Made by a program: the position numbers and the translations under genes. DNA of 64,000 nucleotides from a phage, in assembly GCA_022143435.1 (NCBI GenBank), contig GCA_022143435.1_3941.1. One strand, 5' to 3'. How positions within the stretch are numbered: position 1 is the stretch's first letter; the number at the start of each line of letters is the position of its first letter. The notes under the pieces are model-generated. The model ran no database searches. It was not told where the DNA came from and saw only the letters and a list, made by a program, of their open reading frames with translations. Shown piece by piece: positions 8,531-18,016 of this stretch.

Positions 8531-10312
8531 TTAAAGCTGCTTGTCAATATTATTTCGAATATCCCCAAGAGTTGTGTAACCGAACTGCTCAGAGTCACTA
8601 AAGACTAAACGTAAGGCACAAGCTGGGTGGTCAAGTACATCTGCAAAACTCTGGAATCCATAGCCATCTATAGCTTTCAGCTTGTCACCATCCCACATAG
8701 GTGCTACACCACCAAAGGCAGATTTCTTAACACCACTATCTGTTTTAGGGTCTTTTGCAAGCATAATCTCTTTACCACCAATGCTTGCAAGAGTTGCTTT
8801 GACAGCAAATGCAAAGGTGTCACGAGTCATGTACTGGTAAGTGTAAGAACCTACGCCAAACACTACGTTAGAGCTTGCAAAACCCATTTCATACAGACGC
8901 TTCAGGATTTCGTTTGCACGTTCCAGCGTGATAGAGTCACCATAGATAAGTCCGATATGCTCATCCAGTACCTTAAACCCTTTAGAGTTAATAGTTCCCC
9001 CAAAGATGTTGTACAGTGTCTTAATAGCTCCATCAATCTCAGCTACAGGACGTGTTACAACGTTTGCAGAACCAACCATATAAGCGTTTTTCAGCAGCAC
9101 TGTATCAGCAACTTCAAAGTCTTCTCTGTCAACAACCATTTCGTAGCCTTCTGACAGTAGCCATCCAGCAATACCATAATTGATGTTTTCAAGCTTCATG
9201 TTCAGAACAGCATTCAACATTGTGTCACTGGCTTCAAGCTTGCTTAAGTGTTCGTAATAAGCCTTTTTAGCACACTCTAAGTGGATTGCTTTATAACCTG
9301 TGACAATATGTACAGGGTCTCCAGAGTCAGGACGAATTACCAGTTTACCGTCACGTCCCATAATCTCTTTGCGAAGTGCTGGTAAGATTTCTGACACAGT
9401 TCTCCAGAAGTTATAAGTGTCTGAAACAACACTTGCAATACCAGTTGGGTAAGTTTCTGTTAAGAAACGACGGAAGGTTTGTAACTCACCTTTAAAGCGT
9501 CTTTCTTCTTCAATCAACTCATTACCACCTTCCCAAGCAATGTTTGCACACATTACAGAGTGTTCAGTGGCTGGTACAGAACTACCAATATCAGAGATTG
9601 GGTAAGACTGTCCATAGATGCGTTTAGCCGTGTATACAGCAGGGAAGCTATCGGTTCCTTTAAAGCTGGTTAAGTGACCTACAGCGTTAAATGCGTCATC
9701 AGTAAAGCCGGACATACCACGCATAGCAAAGTCGTGACACTGATAAGGTAAATGTAGGTCGTTGTCACAAGTAAGGTCAGCCCACTTCTTACATATACGT
9801 TTGTAGTGCAATGCAATAGTCGCAATGGTGCAAGCCTTCCAAATCTCAGCAGAGAAAGCATCTTCCAGATAACCTGCTACCCAATGGAAGCCTGAAACAG
9901 TGTTCTGGAAGACAATCATTGGGACACGCATCGGGACAACTGTACCTTCTTCTACAGCATATACTTCAACTGGTAGATAACCTAAATCGTGGAGTGCTTC
10001 CCAATGCTCTCGACCGATAGCATCTTTGCCCAGAACACCATTCATGACTTCTAAGATTTCGTCAATTGCTTCTTTTTTGTCACGTTCAAAGAACGTAGCA
10101 TTCCAGTGGTCTATCAAGTAATCTTTAACAAAACGTTGAATACCAAAAGCGACTACACCATCAATTGCTAATGGACTGTTAAACCATTTGTCGCTACGTG
10201 GTGTCAGGTTGAACATCAAATATTCTGTTGCACTAGGGTACTGGTAAACATGACCAGATTTGTAAGCATCTGCGTTTAAACCTGCTGGTACTGCATAAAG
10301 TGATTTAGTCAT
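8531..10312 (-). CDS. nadV: Nicotinamide phosphoribosyltransferase family protein (NadV/NAMPT-like; possibly a nicotinamide ADP-ribose transferase)
   Basis: NAMPT-type motifs (SDTYNFW, LIYGDSIT); adjacent to a PRPP-synthetase-like gene. Confidence 0.8.
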   Translation of the reverse strand: MTKSLYAVPAGLNADAYKSGHVYQYPSATEYLMFNLTPRSDKWFNSPLAIDGVVAFGIQRFVKDYLIDHWNATFFERDKKEAIDEILEVMNGVLGKDAIGREHWEALHDLGYLPVEVYAVEEGTVVPMRVPMIVFQNTVSGFHWVAGYLEDAFSAEIWKACTIATIALHYKRICKKWADLTCDNDLHLPYQCHDFAMRGMSGFTDDAFNAVGHLTSFKGTDSFPAVYTAKRIYGQSYPISDIGSSVPATEHSVMCANIAWEGGNELIEEERRFKGELQTFRRFLTETYPTGIASVVSDTYNFWRTVSEILPALRKEIMGRDGKLVIRPDSGDPVHIVTGYKAIHLECAKKAYYEHLSKLEASDTMLNAVLNMKLENINYGIAGWLLSEGYEMVVDREDFEVADTVLLKNAYMVGSANVVTRPVAEIDGAIKTLYNIFGGTINSKGFKVLDEHIGLIYGDSITLERANEILKRLYEMGFASSNVVFGVGSYTYQYMTRDTFAFAVKATLASIGGKEIMLAKDPKTDSGVKKSAFGGVAPMWDGDKLKAIDGYGFQSFADVLDHPACALRLVFSDSEQFGYTTLGDIRNNIDKQL

Positions 10313-10330
10313 CTTTTAATCTCTCTCAAA

Positions 10331-10348
10331 ATGGGGCTTTCAAGCCCC
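10331..10348 (-). terminator. Hairpin GGGGCTT-TCAA-GCCCC between prs-like and nadV-like genes (possible attenuator)
   Basis: Inverted repeat; weak U-tract. Confidence 0.4.
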
Positions 10349-10357
10349 TATAAACTT

Positions 10358-11254
10358 TCAATCAAGGTTTGCTACAGTAACTTGACCATAATGTGTTAAG
10401 CCACGGTCTTTAGCTTCGCCTAAAGAGTTTGTAGTGTAAATATGGTCGATACCATTGTCAAGAAGGTTTTCAACACCTTTAGAGAAGATACCATGTGTTA
10501 CATAAAGCTCAACACGTTTTGCACCTGCTTCACGAAGATGTTTCACTGCTTCTATGAAGGTTCGACCACCATCACAGATATCATCCAGAATCATGACGGT
10601 TTTATCTGTCAAATCAACATCATCAAGGATTCGCATACCAGTAATTTCACCAGTCTTAAGGTTACGCACTTTAGACATTGTGATGTATGGTTTATCCACC
10701 TCTTTAGCAGTCTCTGCAATCTTCTTAGCAGCACCTGCATCTGGGGCTACTAAGTAATCAATCAGTGGGTCATTTGCATAGTGGACTGCAATTTCCTTTT
10801 GAGAAATACTCTGGAAGCAGTTAAACAGGTTATCTGGTACATAGCTGTGAGGGTCAACTGCACAGACTGCATCAAAACCCATTGCATTAACCTGTTGTGC
10901 AAACACTTTCAAAGCTGCTGCATCACCTTTAAACATGTGACGGTCGTAACGTGCATTTGGCAAATAGTAAAAGATAGCAGTCTTCATAGCAAACTTATGA
11001 GGTACTAAATCATCAATTGCTTCTTTAGCAAGTGCCACAGCAAACAATGTGTCCTTATCATAACCTTTTACAATCATAATCACATTGTTGATAGATGATG
11101 CTGCATAAGCAGTAAAATCAACAAACTCTGGCGAAAAGTGTCCACCAATCTCACCAGAAGGGAATTGGACGATGTTAAACTCTTCTTCATGAGTCCCTTT
11201 AGTTGGTGAATGAACTGTAACACGGATAGATGTTTTCATAGTTTTCTCTCTCAA
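10358..11254 (-). CDS. prs: Ribose-phosphate pyrophosphokinase family protein (Prs-like; possibly ADPR-PP synthetase)
   Basis: PRTase/PRPP-binding motif ILDDICDGGRT and Prs-like VDPHS segment. Confidence 0.8.
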   Translation of the reverse strand: MREKTMKTSIRVTVHSPTKGTHEEEFNIVQFPSGEIGGHFSPEFVDFTAYAASSINNVIMIVKGYDKDTLFAVALAKEAIDDLVPHKFAMKTAIFYYLPNARYDRHMFKGDAAALKVFAQQVNAMGFDAVCAVDPHSYVPDNLFNCFQSISQKEIAVHYANDPLIDYLVAPDAGAAKKIAETAKEVDKPYITMSKVRNLKTGEITGMRILDDVDLTDKTVMILDDICDGGRTFIEAVKHLREAGAKRVELYVTHGIFSKGVENLLDNGIDHIYTTNSLGEAKDRGLTHYGQVTVANLD

Positions 11255-11529
11255 TCAAAAGTTACGTTTGTTACTGCCATTGCAGATTTGCATTTTGCAG
11301 GGTCTACAACGTGATAAAGTACACTACAGTTACCTGTGCTGTCTGGTACAGGCTTTACCCATTGCTGCTTTATAGTTGGCTCTCCTAAGTCTTTGTAAGA
11401 GCCATCTGTAAAGTTGTTTACCATCTCAAGTGCAATTGGTTCTGGAACATGACCACGTATCATGTACATCTCACAACCATTACCACCTTCACTGACTAAT
11501 GGTAAAATCTCCCACTTCTCTTTAGCCAT
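11251..11529 (-). CDS. Hypothetical protein
   Basis: ORF in array. Confidence 0.4.
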   Translation of the reverse strand: MAKEKWEILPLVSEGGNGCEMYMIRGHVPEPIALEMVNNFTDGSYKDLGEPTIKQQWVKPVPDSTGNCSVLYHVVDPAKCKSAMAVTNVTFD

Positions 11530-12037
11530 TATAAGTTGCCCTATAAACTGTCTCGAACTTCAACAGGAGAGATATTGCCAAATCTGTATAGTTGTTGTCA
11601 AGCACATCTGGCATATTGTTTTTGATATATTTCTCTTGCTCTTCATAGGTCATCTTAGGTGTGCTTAGAAGGTTATCTCCTTGCTTCTGGTTATCAAGTT
11701 TAGTCTGGATAAACCAGTTTGCACAGTGATGCTCACCACCCTTTGTAACAGGTTTGTGGTGGCCTAGTGTAAATGTTTGCTTACCCGTATACCTGCAAAG
11801 ATTGTTCAGTGTTGCAATGGTGTTCTTCACAACACACCATTCATACAGGTTATCTATTGTGTAGTGTGGGTAATAACGGACAAGTGCTCTTTCACGGAAG
11901 TTATCACGATTCCAAAGAACCATGTGATTAGAATTTGAAGGGTCATATTTGTGGGAGTCTATAAATTCTTGACGCTCATCAAAGCTGAGTCTTAGAACTG
12001 ACATTGCAACCGAACGTTTCAGGTTTGACAGATACAT
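11522..12037 (-). CDS. Hypothetical protein with possible HNH-like motif
   Basis: GHHKPVTKGGEHHCANW...N resembles an HNH core (HH...GG...N). Confidence 0.3.
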   Translation of the reverse strand: MYLSNLKRSVAMSVLRLSFDERQEFIDSHKYDPSNSNHMVLWNRDNFRERALVRYYPHYTIDNLYEWCVVKNTIATLNNLCRYTGKQTFTLGHHKPVTKGGEHHCANWFIQTKLDNQKQGDNLLSTPKMTYEEQEKYIKNNMPDVLDNNYTDLAISLLLKFETVYRATYNG

Positions 12038-12053
12038 TTTACCTCCAAAATAA

Positions 12054-12076
12054 AAAGGGAACCTTTACAGTTCCCC
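12054..12076 (-). terminator. Hairpin GGGAAC...GTTCCC with downstream T-run on minus strand
   Basis: Inverted repeat read in sequence. Confidence 0.4.
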
Positions 12077-12088
12077 TATAGTATCTGT

Positions 12089-12409
12089 TTACTGAGCTAC
12101 TTTCAAGAGGCTTGTGAATGGAATCTCACTCTCATCCATAAGCTCTTTTGCTTTTCCAGTAACTTTTACAAAGTTATCTAGGCAGATAATCTTCTTATCT
12201 TTCTTGCTGTAGGTCAGTTTCACCTTTTCAATATCTTTCTTAGAGCTTTCCTCTTCATTAAAGAGCTTCACAGCTTCTTTGAATGGAAGGTATGAGCCAT
12301 CATCATCACTAATAAAACCTGTGCCGCAATAGTAGAAGTTGTATTCTTTAGCCATAAACTGGCACAGTACGAAAATCTGTAATTTGCGAGTGTTATAAAC
12401 TTTGCTCAT
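12089..12409 (-). CDS. Hypothetical protein
   Basis: ORF in array. Confidence 0.4.
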   Translation of the reverse strand: MSKVYNTRKLQIFVLCQFMAKEYNFYYCGTGFISDDDGSYLPFKEAVKLFNEEESSKKDIEKVKLTYSKKDKKIICLDNFVKVTGKAKELMDESEIPFTSLLKVAQ

Positions 12410-12411
12410 GA

Positions 12412-12693
12412 TTATTTAGCCTTCTTATTACGTTTACGGTTACGAGCTTTCTTGGCTGCTCGTTTAATAGCTGCTGCACCAGACGGACGGTGGGCTTGTT
12501 TCTTACCACCTTTGCCACGGCCTACATAGATGTAAGGTTGCTGTTCAATTTGGCTTGTAAGAACTTGTGCAACTGCTGAAGCATCTACACCAACCTGCTT
12601 TCCAGTCATAGAAATGATTGCTGCTGCTTTTGCCAGTGCCTTCAAGAAGCCAGCTTTCATATTACCTAAAATTCCCATTTTAGCCTCTCTCAT
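12412..12693 (-). CDS. Small basic protein (Lys/Arg-rich C-terminus)
   Basis: Composition; possible nucleic-acid binding. Confidence 0.35.
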   Translation of the reverse strand: MREAKMGILGNMKAGFLKALAKAAAIISMTGKQVGVDASAVAQVLTSQIEQQPYIYVGRGKGGKKQAHRPSGAAAIKRAAKKARNRKRNKKAK

Positions 12694-12773
12694 TAAAGTT
12701 TAATACAGAACTTATGAAGTTCTTCTTCAGTGATACCAATTGGAGTTATACCTTAGTCCATTTGCCAGAATAA

Positions 12774-13259
12774 TCACTCTGCTCTCCACTGACAATCACC
12801 TTGCCATCCGTACTCTTTTCTCCAGAGGTTTTGGTTATCTGAACCACGATACGGTTTAACTGTTGGTTTAGATGAATCATACTTACCATCAATCACCACG
12901 TCAACATATTTCATCACATCAAGGTGAATTTTTTCATGTAACTGAAAACCTGTCCAGAGCCAGATAGATTTTTCTGGGTAAACGGTTTTAATACGTTTGC
13001 ATATGTTGGTAACCTCTTGAATGTTTCTATCATCCAGAGGTTCTCCACCAAGTATTGACAGCCCACTGATGGCATTATCATCCATTAACTTAATGATGCC
13101 ATAAAGGTTTGCATAAGTGAACTCTTTACCAGCATTAAACTTCCAAGATTCCTTATTAAAGCAACCTTCACAGTGATGCTTACAACCAGCTACGAAGAGG
13201 CTTACACGAACCCCTTCGCCATTAGCTGTGTCAAATGGTCGAATCTCCATGTAATTCAT
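12774..13259 (-). CDS. nrdG: Anaerobic ribonucleotide reductase activating protein (radical SAM)
   Basis: CKHHCEGC radical-SAM cysteine cluster near N-terminus; size ~160 aa; close to nrdD. Confidence 0.8.
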   Translation of the reverse strand: MNYMEIRPFDTANGEGVRVSLFVAGCKHHCEGCFNKESWKFNAGKEFTYANLYGIIKLMDDNAISGLSILGGEPLDDRNIQEVTNICKRIKTVYPEKSIWLWTGFQLHEKIHLDVMKYVDVVIDGKYDSSKPTVKPYRGSDNQNLWRKEYGWQGDCQWRAE

Positions 13260-13318
13260 CTAGTTACCTCACCAATAAATATAAACGTTCTTTAAACCTT
13301 TTCTTCGAATTGTTTTAC

Positions 13319-13714
13319 TCATTCAAACACCACCTGACAAGGAACCTGTTTAGTAATAAATTCTTCACAGTGCTCTTTAATGAAGTTTTGTAATGGTACA
13401 CAATCTTGTGCGCAAGTCATTAGCATAATGTACTCTGGATTCATGATGTTTTCAAGACTGTAGAAGACAACATCATCAGATAGTTCGTGACCATCTTCTT
13501 CAGACCAAGTTCCAGTGACTACAGCTAATTTGTCAAGCAATTCATTAGGCAATGCTACACCATCTTCTACAGAATCACTTAGAACATTGTCGCCGATATA
13601 CAATGTGAAGACCGTGTGGAATGTTGAGTATCTTACGTGATTCTTTTCACAAGAGCCACACTCTGAGGCATAATCTTTAATCCACTCTAACTGTTTTTGA
13701 CTCAACTTAATCAT
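13319..13714 (-). CDS. Hypothetical acidic protein
   Basis: ORF. Confidence 0.4.
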   Translation of the reverse strand: MIKLSQKQLEWIKDYASECGSCEKNHVRYSTFHTVFTLYIGDNVLSDSVEDGVALPNELLDKLAVVTGTWSEEDGHELSDDVVFYSLENIMNPEYIMLMTCAQDCVPLQNFIKEHCEEFITKQVPCQVVFE

Positions 13715-13911
13715 AATTTCACCTTAGTTGGTAATGCACTGAATGCTATGACTAACCCTAAAAATGGTTTGAAGCATGACCATAAATCCATCTGACCATG
13801 ATATGAGAAACTCCATTGTGGGTCTGAAAAACCCCATACCATAACACTAACCCCAAAGAAGAAGACTAGAATATGGAGTATGTATATCAACGCTTTTGAT
13901 ATCTTAAACAT
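13711..13911 (-). CDS. Small membrane protein
   Basis: Hydrophobic helices. Confidence 0.4.
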   Translation of the reverse strand: MFKISKALIYILHILVFFFGVSVMVWGFSDPQWSFSYHGQMDLWSCFKPFLGLVIAFSALPTKVKL

Positions 13912-14075
13912 TTTAACTTACCTTTCAATTCACAATAAGAGAGTCCTAAAAAGAACCCTAGTAAGACAGAACCTATGAACAACCCAATAGCACTCTCTGC
14001 CATATCTAACATCCAATAAAAAAGGTGATGTAAGCCTATCAAGACCCACATCACCTTGTCAAGTTTTACATAAGG

Positions 14076-14684
14076 TTATTTTTTCTTACAATTGTCAAAA
14101 TGATATCGAGTCATGTTACCAGCACCACCAGTCATACCACAATGAGGGCAAGTTTTCTTTTTCTTTGGCTTTTTTCCGGCTTCTGACATCTTCTTCCTTG
14201 TTTCTATAGACCTTTTACAACCTTTTGATTTTGTATTGCCTATTTGAGATTCTCCTAACCGTCTTCGATGTTCTTCAGTGAAAACCCTACCTTTATTCAC
14301 AATAGATAGAGCTTTCGAGTTCAAAGCCCTTACCTTTTCATAGTCTCTGGATGATATTTTCCTATCTAGGCCATCATGGGCTAACCTGTTCCATGCAAAC
14401 CATAACTTATGATTGTTTGGATACATCTTAACCAGTAATTTATGAGCTATATAATGCTCTCTAGGTGTAAGTAAAGCAATATTATCTCCACTAATTTTAT
14501 CGCCACCTAGACATACTGGTATGATATGGTGTCTTTCATAACCCTTACCTTGACATTTGTAGTATGTAAGAGGCACACCCCTTTCAGAATGTGCCTTCTT
14601 AATAATTGCATTATATATTAGTTCGTAATTCATTTGTATGCTACATAGAAACCCTATCCTTAATTTCTGCCATCTTAGCGTCAT
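14076..14684 (-). CDS. HNH homing endonuclease (free-standing, abutting 3' end of nrdD); likely start at internal Met ~14633
   Basis: HHIIPVCLGGDKISGDNIALLTPREH...H HNH motif. Confidence 0.65.
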   Translation of the reverse strand: MTLRWQKLRIGFLCSIQMNYELIYNAIIKKAHSERGVPLTYYKCQGKGYERHHIIPVCLGGDKISGDNIALLTPREHYIAHKLLVKMYPNNHKLWFAWNRLAHDGLDRKISSRDYEKVRALNSKALSIVNKGRVFTEEHRRRLGESQIGNTKSKGCKRSIETRKKMSEAGKKPKKKKTCPHCGMTGGAGNMTRYHFDNCKKK

Positions 14685-15609
14685 TCATTCGAGACTGACC
14701 TTTAATTTTTGTGAATGACAAGTACCCGCACACCCTGTTAATCACAGAGATGTCATGTGAATGGCAAACCTCACATTCTTCAACATCAGCCTTTGGTCTG
14801 TTACCACAATGTTCACAGATTGCTAAGTCAAAGTTAAGCCCCTGATAGAAACCTTTCAACATCCCTCTTGTGATACAACTTTTAAGTGCTGTTAAGTTTT
14901 CTGGATTAGCTACCCTGACATACTGGATTCTGCCACCTCTACAGATATGGAAGAATGGCTCTTCTAAGTCCTGCTTCTTAAATGGTGAGATGTCTGCTGC
15001 AACATTCATATGGAAACTGTTTGTAAAGTATTCCTTATCAGAAACACCTTTGATAACGCCAAACATATCTCTGAACTGTTTTAACTGAGTTCCGCAAAGT
15101 GATTCTGCTGGAGTACCATAGACGGCATATAAGAAGCCATCTTCATTTTTAAACTCTTCAGTTTTCATGTTGATGTATGCCAGAACATCGTATGCAAAAC
15201 TACAGCTTCCAACTTCATGAAGTCGTTTACCTTCAGCAAGAACAGATAGCTCATCAAGCGCAGTAACACCAAAAGAAGCTGTGAAGGACTTCACAATATC
15301 CCAACCAACCTTGTCAGTAGGCTTCTTAGTTCCTTTGTACAGACCACCTTGTGTAAATGCAAGAGGGTTAGAACTTGCTGGCATATTAGCAATCATTTCG
15401 TAACGTTTCTTGTGGAAACTACGAATCATCTCTAGGTACTTATCAAGCTCTTTCCAGAAATCTAAACCATTCTCTTTGGTGTACTGATAAATCATTGGTA
15501 AGTTCAAAGATACAGCACCAATGTTAGCACGACCTACATAAAACTCTTCACCATGTTCGTTATGGTATGGTGATAAAAATGCTCTACACTTGTTGTTCAA
15601 GTAAGTTCG
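14641..15609 (-). CDS. nrdD: Anaerobic ribonucleoside-triphosphate reductase, 3' exon (glycine-radical and Zn-ribbon part); 5' boundary approximate
   Basis: C-terminal CEHCG...CEVCH Zn site and RVCGYL glycine-radical motif; ORF track starts on a TTG, reading frame is open up to ~15609. Confidence 0.75.
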   Translation of the reverse strand, partial: RTYLNNKCRAFLSPYHNEHGEEFYVGRANIGAVSLNLPMIYQYTKENGLDFWKELDKYLEMIRSFHKKRYEMIANMPASSNPLAFTQGGLYKGTKKPTDKVGWDIVKSFTASFGVTALDELSVLAEGKRLHEVGSCSFAYDVLAYINMKTEEFKNEDGFLYAVYGTPAESLCGTQLKQFRDMFGVIKGVSDKEYFTNSFHMNVAADISPFKKQDLEEPFFHICRGGRIQYVRVANPENLTALKSCITRGMLKGFYQGLNFDLAICEHCGNRPKADVEECEVCHSHDISVINRVCGYLSFTKIKGQSRMNDAKMAEIKDRVSM

Positions 15610-16329
15610 CTAAGCTTACCCCGCTTTATTCAAGCTGCTTACTGTCGCCAGTAAGTCCAGACTATATCTTCTACTTATTTCTAAGTAGCGTACCATTTCG
15701 AGTCGCTTGACCCTACACCGCTACATTCATCACGGTTAGTCGTTCGGCATTTAGATGTATTCAAACTCATATTCGAAGTTATTATGCTCTTTTACACCCT
15801 TCAATATTGAAGAGATGGTCTTGCGATTGTGTCCAAGTATATTGGATAACTCTCGTATTGACTTAGTAACAATAACTTCCTTTGTCACTTTGTGTGTGGC
15901 TTTCACGGCATATGAACGTTTGTGGAACTTGTAGCATCCGTTCTCATAACCTTCTTTAGCATTCTCAGAATGAGTACCCCATTCTAAGTTAGATGCGTGG
16001 TTATTTAGTTTGTTATCGTCCTTATGTTTTACAATTGGAAGATTATTCGGGTTAGGTACATATTTCTCAGCAACTAACCTGTGGACATACATGTCACGAT
16101 TCTTCTTACCGTAAAACCTTACTTTCATATACCCAGTGTTGGATTTCCACTGCGTAAGCTCTACACCATTTTCCCTAAAGACTTTCCATCTTCAGTGACG
16201 TGATAGTTTGGCATGTAAGACTCCTATGTTGTATAGTTTCTTACATCGTACATCATTTAGCACAGGATTGTCTACATCTGTAGAGTTTCCCTGTTTAGGC
16301 ACGTTTTAGATGAGCTATAGAGCTTGTTA
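15610..16329 (-). mobile_element. Group I intron interrupting nrdD, carrying an HNH endonuclease ORF; boundaries approximate
   Basis: nrdD split into two in-frame halves separated by ~720 bp; segment ~16243-16303 (minus sense CTAAACAGGGAAACTCT...TAGACAATCCTGTGCTAAAT) resembles, from memory, the conserved core of the T4 td group I intron. Confidence 0.65.
15751..16128 (-). CDS. Intron-encoded HNH homing endonuclease
   Basis: HKDDNKLNNHASNLEWGTHSEN HNH motif; located inside the nrdD intervening sequence. Confidence 0.7.
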   Translation of the reverse strand: MKVRFYGKKNRDMYVHRLVAEKYVPNPNNLPIVKHKDDNKLNNHASNLEWGTHSENAKEGYENGCYKFHKRSYAVKATHKVTKEVIVTKSIRELSNILGHNRKTISSILKGVKEHNNFEYEFEYI

Positions 16330-17526
16330 ACCCATCGGTGAAATTACCTTGCCAGAACGCTCAAAAGCTTCTGCTACAGCACCATGACCAGATACACTTA
16401 AGAAATCTGGATACATCGCTTTAGAGCAACACTCTATAGCTTTACTGTACAGGTGTCCTTGACAGATATTCTCATCGTGTCTCTTCTGGTCATAAATATA
16501 AACCAGTTTAGGGAATACAACAGGCTTCTTGCTCTTACCTTGTCCATTCATACGAACATCTAGGAGAGTACTTGCAATCATGTATTGTAGTCGGTTGTCT
16601 TCATTAGACATATCTGAGTCGAGCAACCCAAATGTTAAAGTTGTGAATGCAAAATCCCCACGACTACAAGGTACAGTGTTCAGTTTCATTTCAAGTGACT
16701 GAAAACCTTGAGTTAATTCAATCTGTAGCTGCTCCATGACATAGTTATGGTAATGTTCTTTAGGAATACCATAAGATGCTGCTTTCTCAGCATGGTAACG
16801 TAGAGACTTCTTAGCATACGGTACAAGTACCTTATCAATCTCTGCTAAAGTAAAGCCGCCAAATTGCTGTGCAGTTGCTGAAAGAACTACATCACCAATA
16901 ACCTGTAAGGCTGACAGTACAGACTTCGGTTCACAGTATTCGATGCCAGACATTTCAAAGCCACCTTTCAGTACTTTACCAATGTCAAACAGGCAACAGT
17001 TGATACCACCAAAAATTAGGTCTCTTAAGTCATGGATGTAGATAAACCCTTCTTCAATGGCTTCGAGTTCCTCTGGTGTTAAATGGTACTGCTTAAAGAT
17101 TTCTTTAGTCAGATAACCACGAATAATTGAACCTTTTGTAGAAATTAAACTGCTGTCAAAGTTAGCATTTTCACGGTCACCTAAGAAGAGCGTATCTCTA
17201 GTCTTTTGGTAAAGCTCATCCCAATTTTGAGCAACCTCTTTACGGTAATTTCTATATGTTGAGTAAGACTCATAAATCTCGTGATTGACTTCTGCCAAAG
17301 CACCTTCAACAATACTGTGAATATCATTTACTGAAATGAGTAAATTATTCTGCTTAGTAGATTTTACCAGAATCCTCATAAATGCTGACTCAAGAGCTTG
17401 AGTAACATCTGGTGGGAGTTCTTTATAACCAACCCTATTAGCTGACTTTGTGACTGCTGCTAAAACTTTTTTGATATCAGGTTCTTCGAGTGAGCCATTC
17501 TTTTTAATAATCTGTACTTTGTTCAT
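16327..17526 (-). CDS. nrdD: Anaerobic ribonucleoside-triphosphate reductase, 5' exon (ATP-cone and N-terminal catalytic part); true exon end lies upstream of the ORF stop
   Basis: N-terminal ATP-cone-like segment; continuity with downstream glycine-radical half. Confidence 0.75.
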   Translation of the reverse strand: MNKVQIIKKNGSLEEPDIKKVLAAVTKSANRVGYKELPPDVTQALESAFMRILVKSTKQNNLLISVNDIHSIVEGALAEVNHEIYESYSTYRNYRKEVAQNWDELYQKTRDTLFLGDRENANFDSSLISTKGSIIRGYLTKEIFKQYHLTPEELEAIEEGFIYIHDLRDLIFGGINCCLFDIGKVLKGGFEMSGIEYCEPKSVLSALQVIGDVVLSATAQQFGGFTLAEIDKVLVPYAKKSLRYHAEKAASYGIPKEHYHNYVMEQLQIELTQGFQSLEMKLNTVPCSRGDFAFTTLTFGLLDSDMSNEDNRLQYMIASTLLDVRMNGQGKSKKPVVFPKLVYIYDQKRHDENICQGHLYSKAIECCSKAMYPDFLSVSGHGAVAEAFERSGKVISPMG

Positions 17527-17544
17527 TATTGCCCCTTTACATGC

Positions 17545-17568
17545 TAAAAAGGTCTCCGAAGAGACCCT
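17545..17568 (-). terminator. Hairpin GGTCTC-CGAA-GAGACC with flanking T-run
   Basis: Inverted repeat read in sequence. Confidence 0.45.
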
Positions 17569-17574
17569 TTCATT

Positions 17575-17781
17575 TTAAATCTTTTTAGAAAACTTCGCAA
17601 AGAGTTCTCTTAGTTTTTCAGTGATACCTAACTGTATCTCTAATATTTCGAAGATAACCCATAGTAACATGGCTCCAAACAATGAACCTTGTTCAAAATC
17701 AGTAAATAGGTTAACAACAAGCATACCAATCACAATGGCTGGTGCATCAACAACCAAACCTTCCCAAAGGCGTTTAAGCAT
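17575..17781 (-). CDS. Small membrane protein
   Basis: Two hydrophobic segments. Confidence 0.4.
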   Translation of the reverse strand: MLKRLWEGLVVDAPAIVIGMLVVNLFTDFEQGSLFGAMLLWVIFEILEIQLGITEKLRELFAKFSKKI

Positions 17782-18016
17782 TATTCACCTCTGCCATAAA
17801 ATTCTGTAGCGTCCCAACAGGTTTTAGATTTTGACCATCAGTCTTCATGATGAATGGCATCTGACGAACTGGCATCTGTGCAATATCCATCAGGTCTGAC
17901 AGTTCATAATCCTGCCCTAACATTCTCACAACATGGTCAATACCACGAGCTTTTGCAAAATTCTTTGCAGTCTCACACTGAGGGCATCCAGTTTTGGAGT
18001 AAATTACATAAGTCAT
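17774..18016 (-). CDS. nrdH: Glutaredoxin-like protein (NrdH-type redoxin)
   Basis: CPQC active-site motif near N-terminus, ~80 aa, adjacent to nrdB. Confidence 0.7.
   Translation of the reverse strand: MTYVIYSKTGCPQCETAKNFAKARGIDHVVRMLGQDYELSDLMDIAQMPVRQMPFIMKTDGQNLKPVGTLQNFMAEVNNA

Noticed and set aside
8627-9154. 175-aa plus-strand ORF
   Set aside because: Antisense within the NAMPT-family gene, which has a clear family-level match; no independent support.
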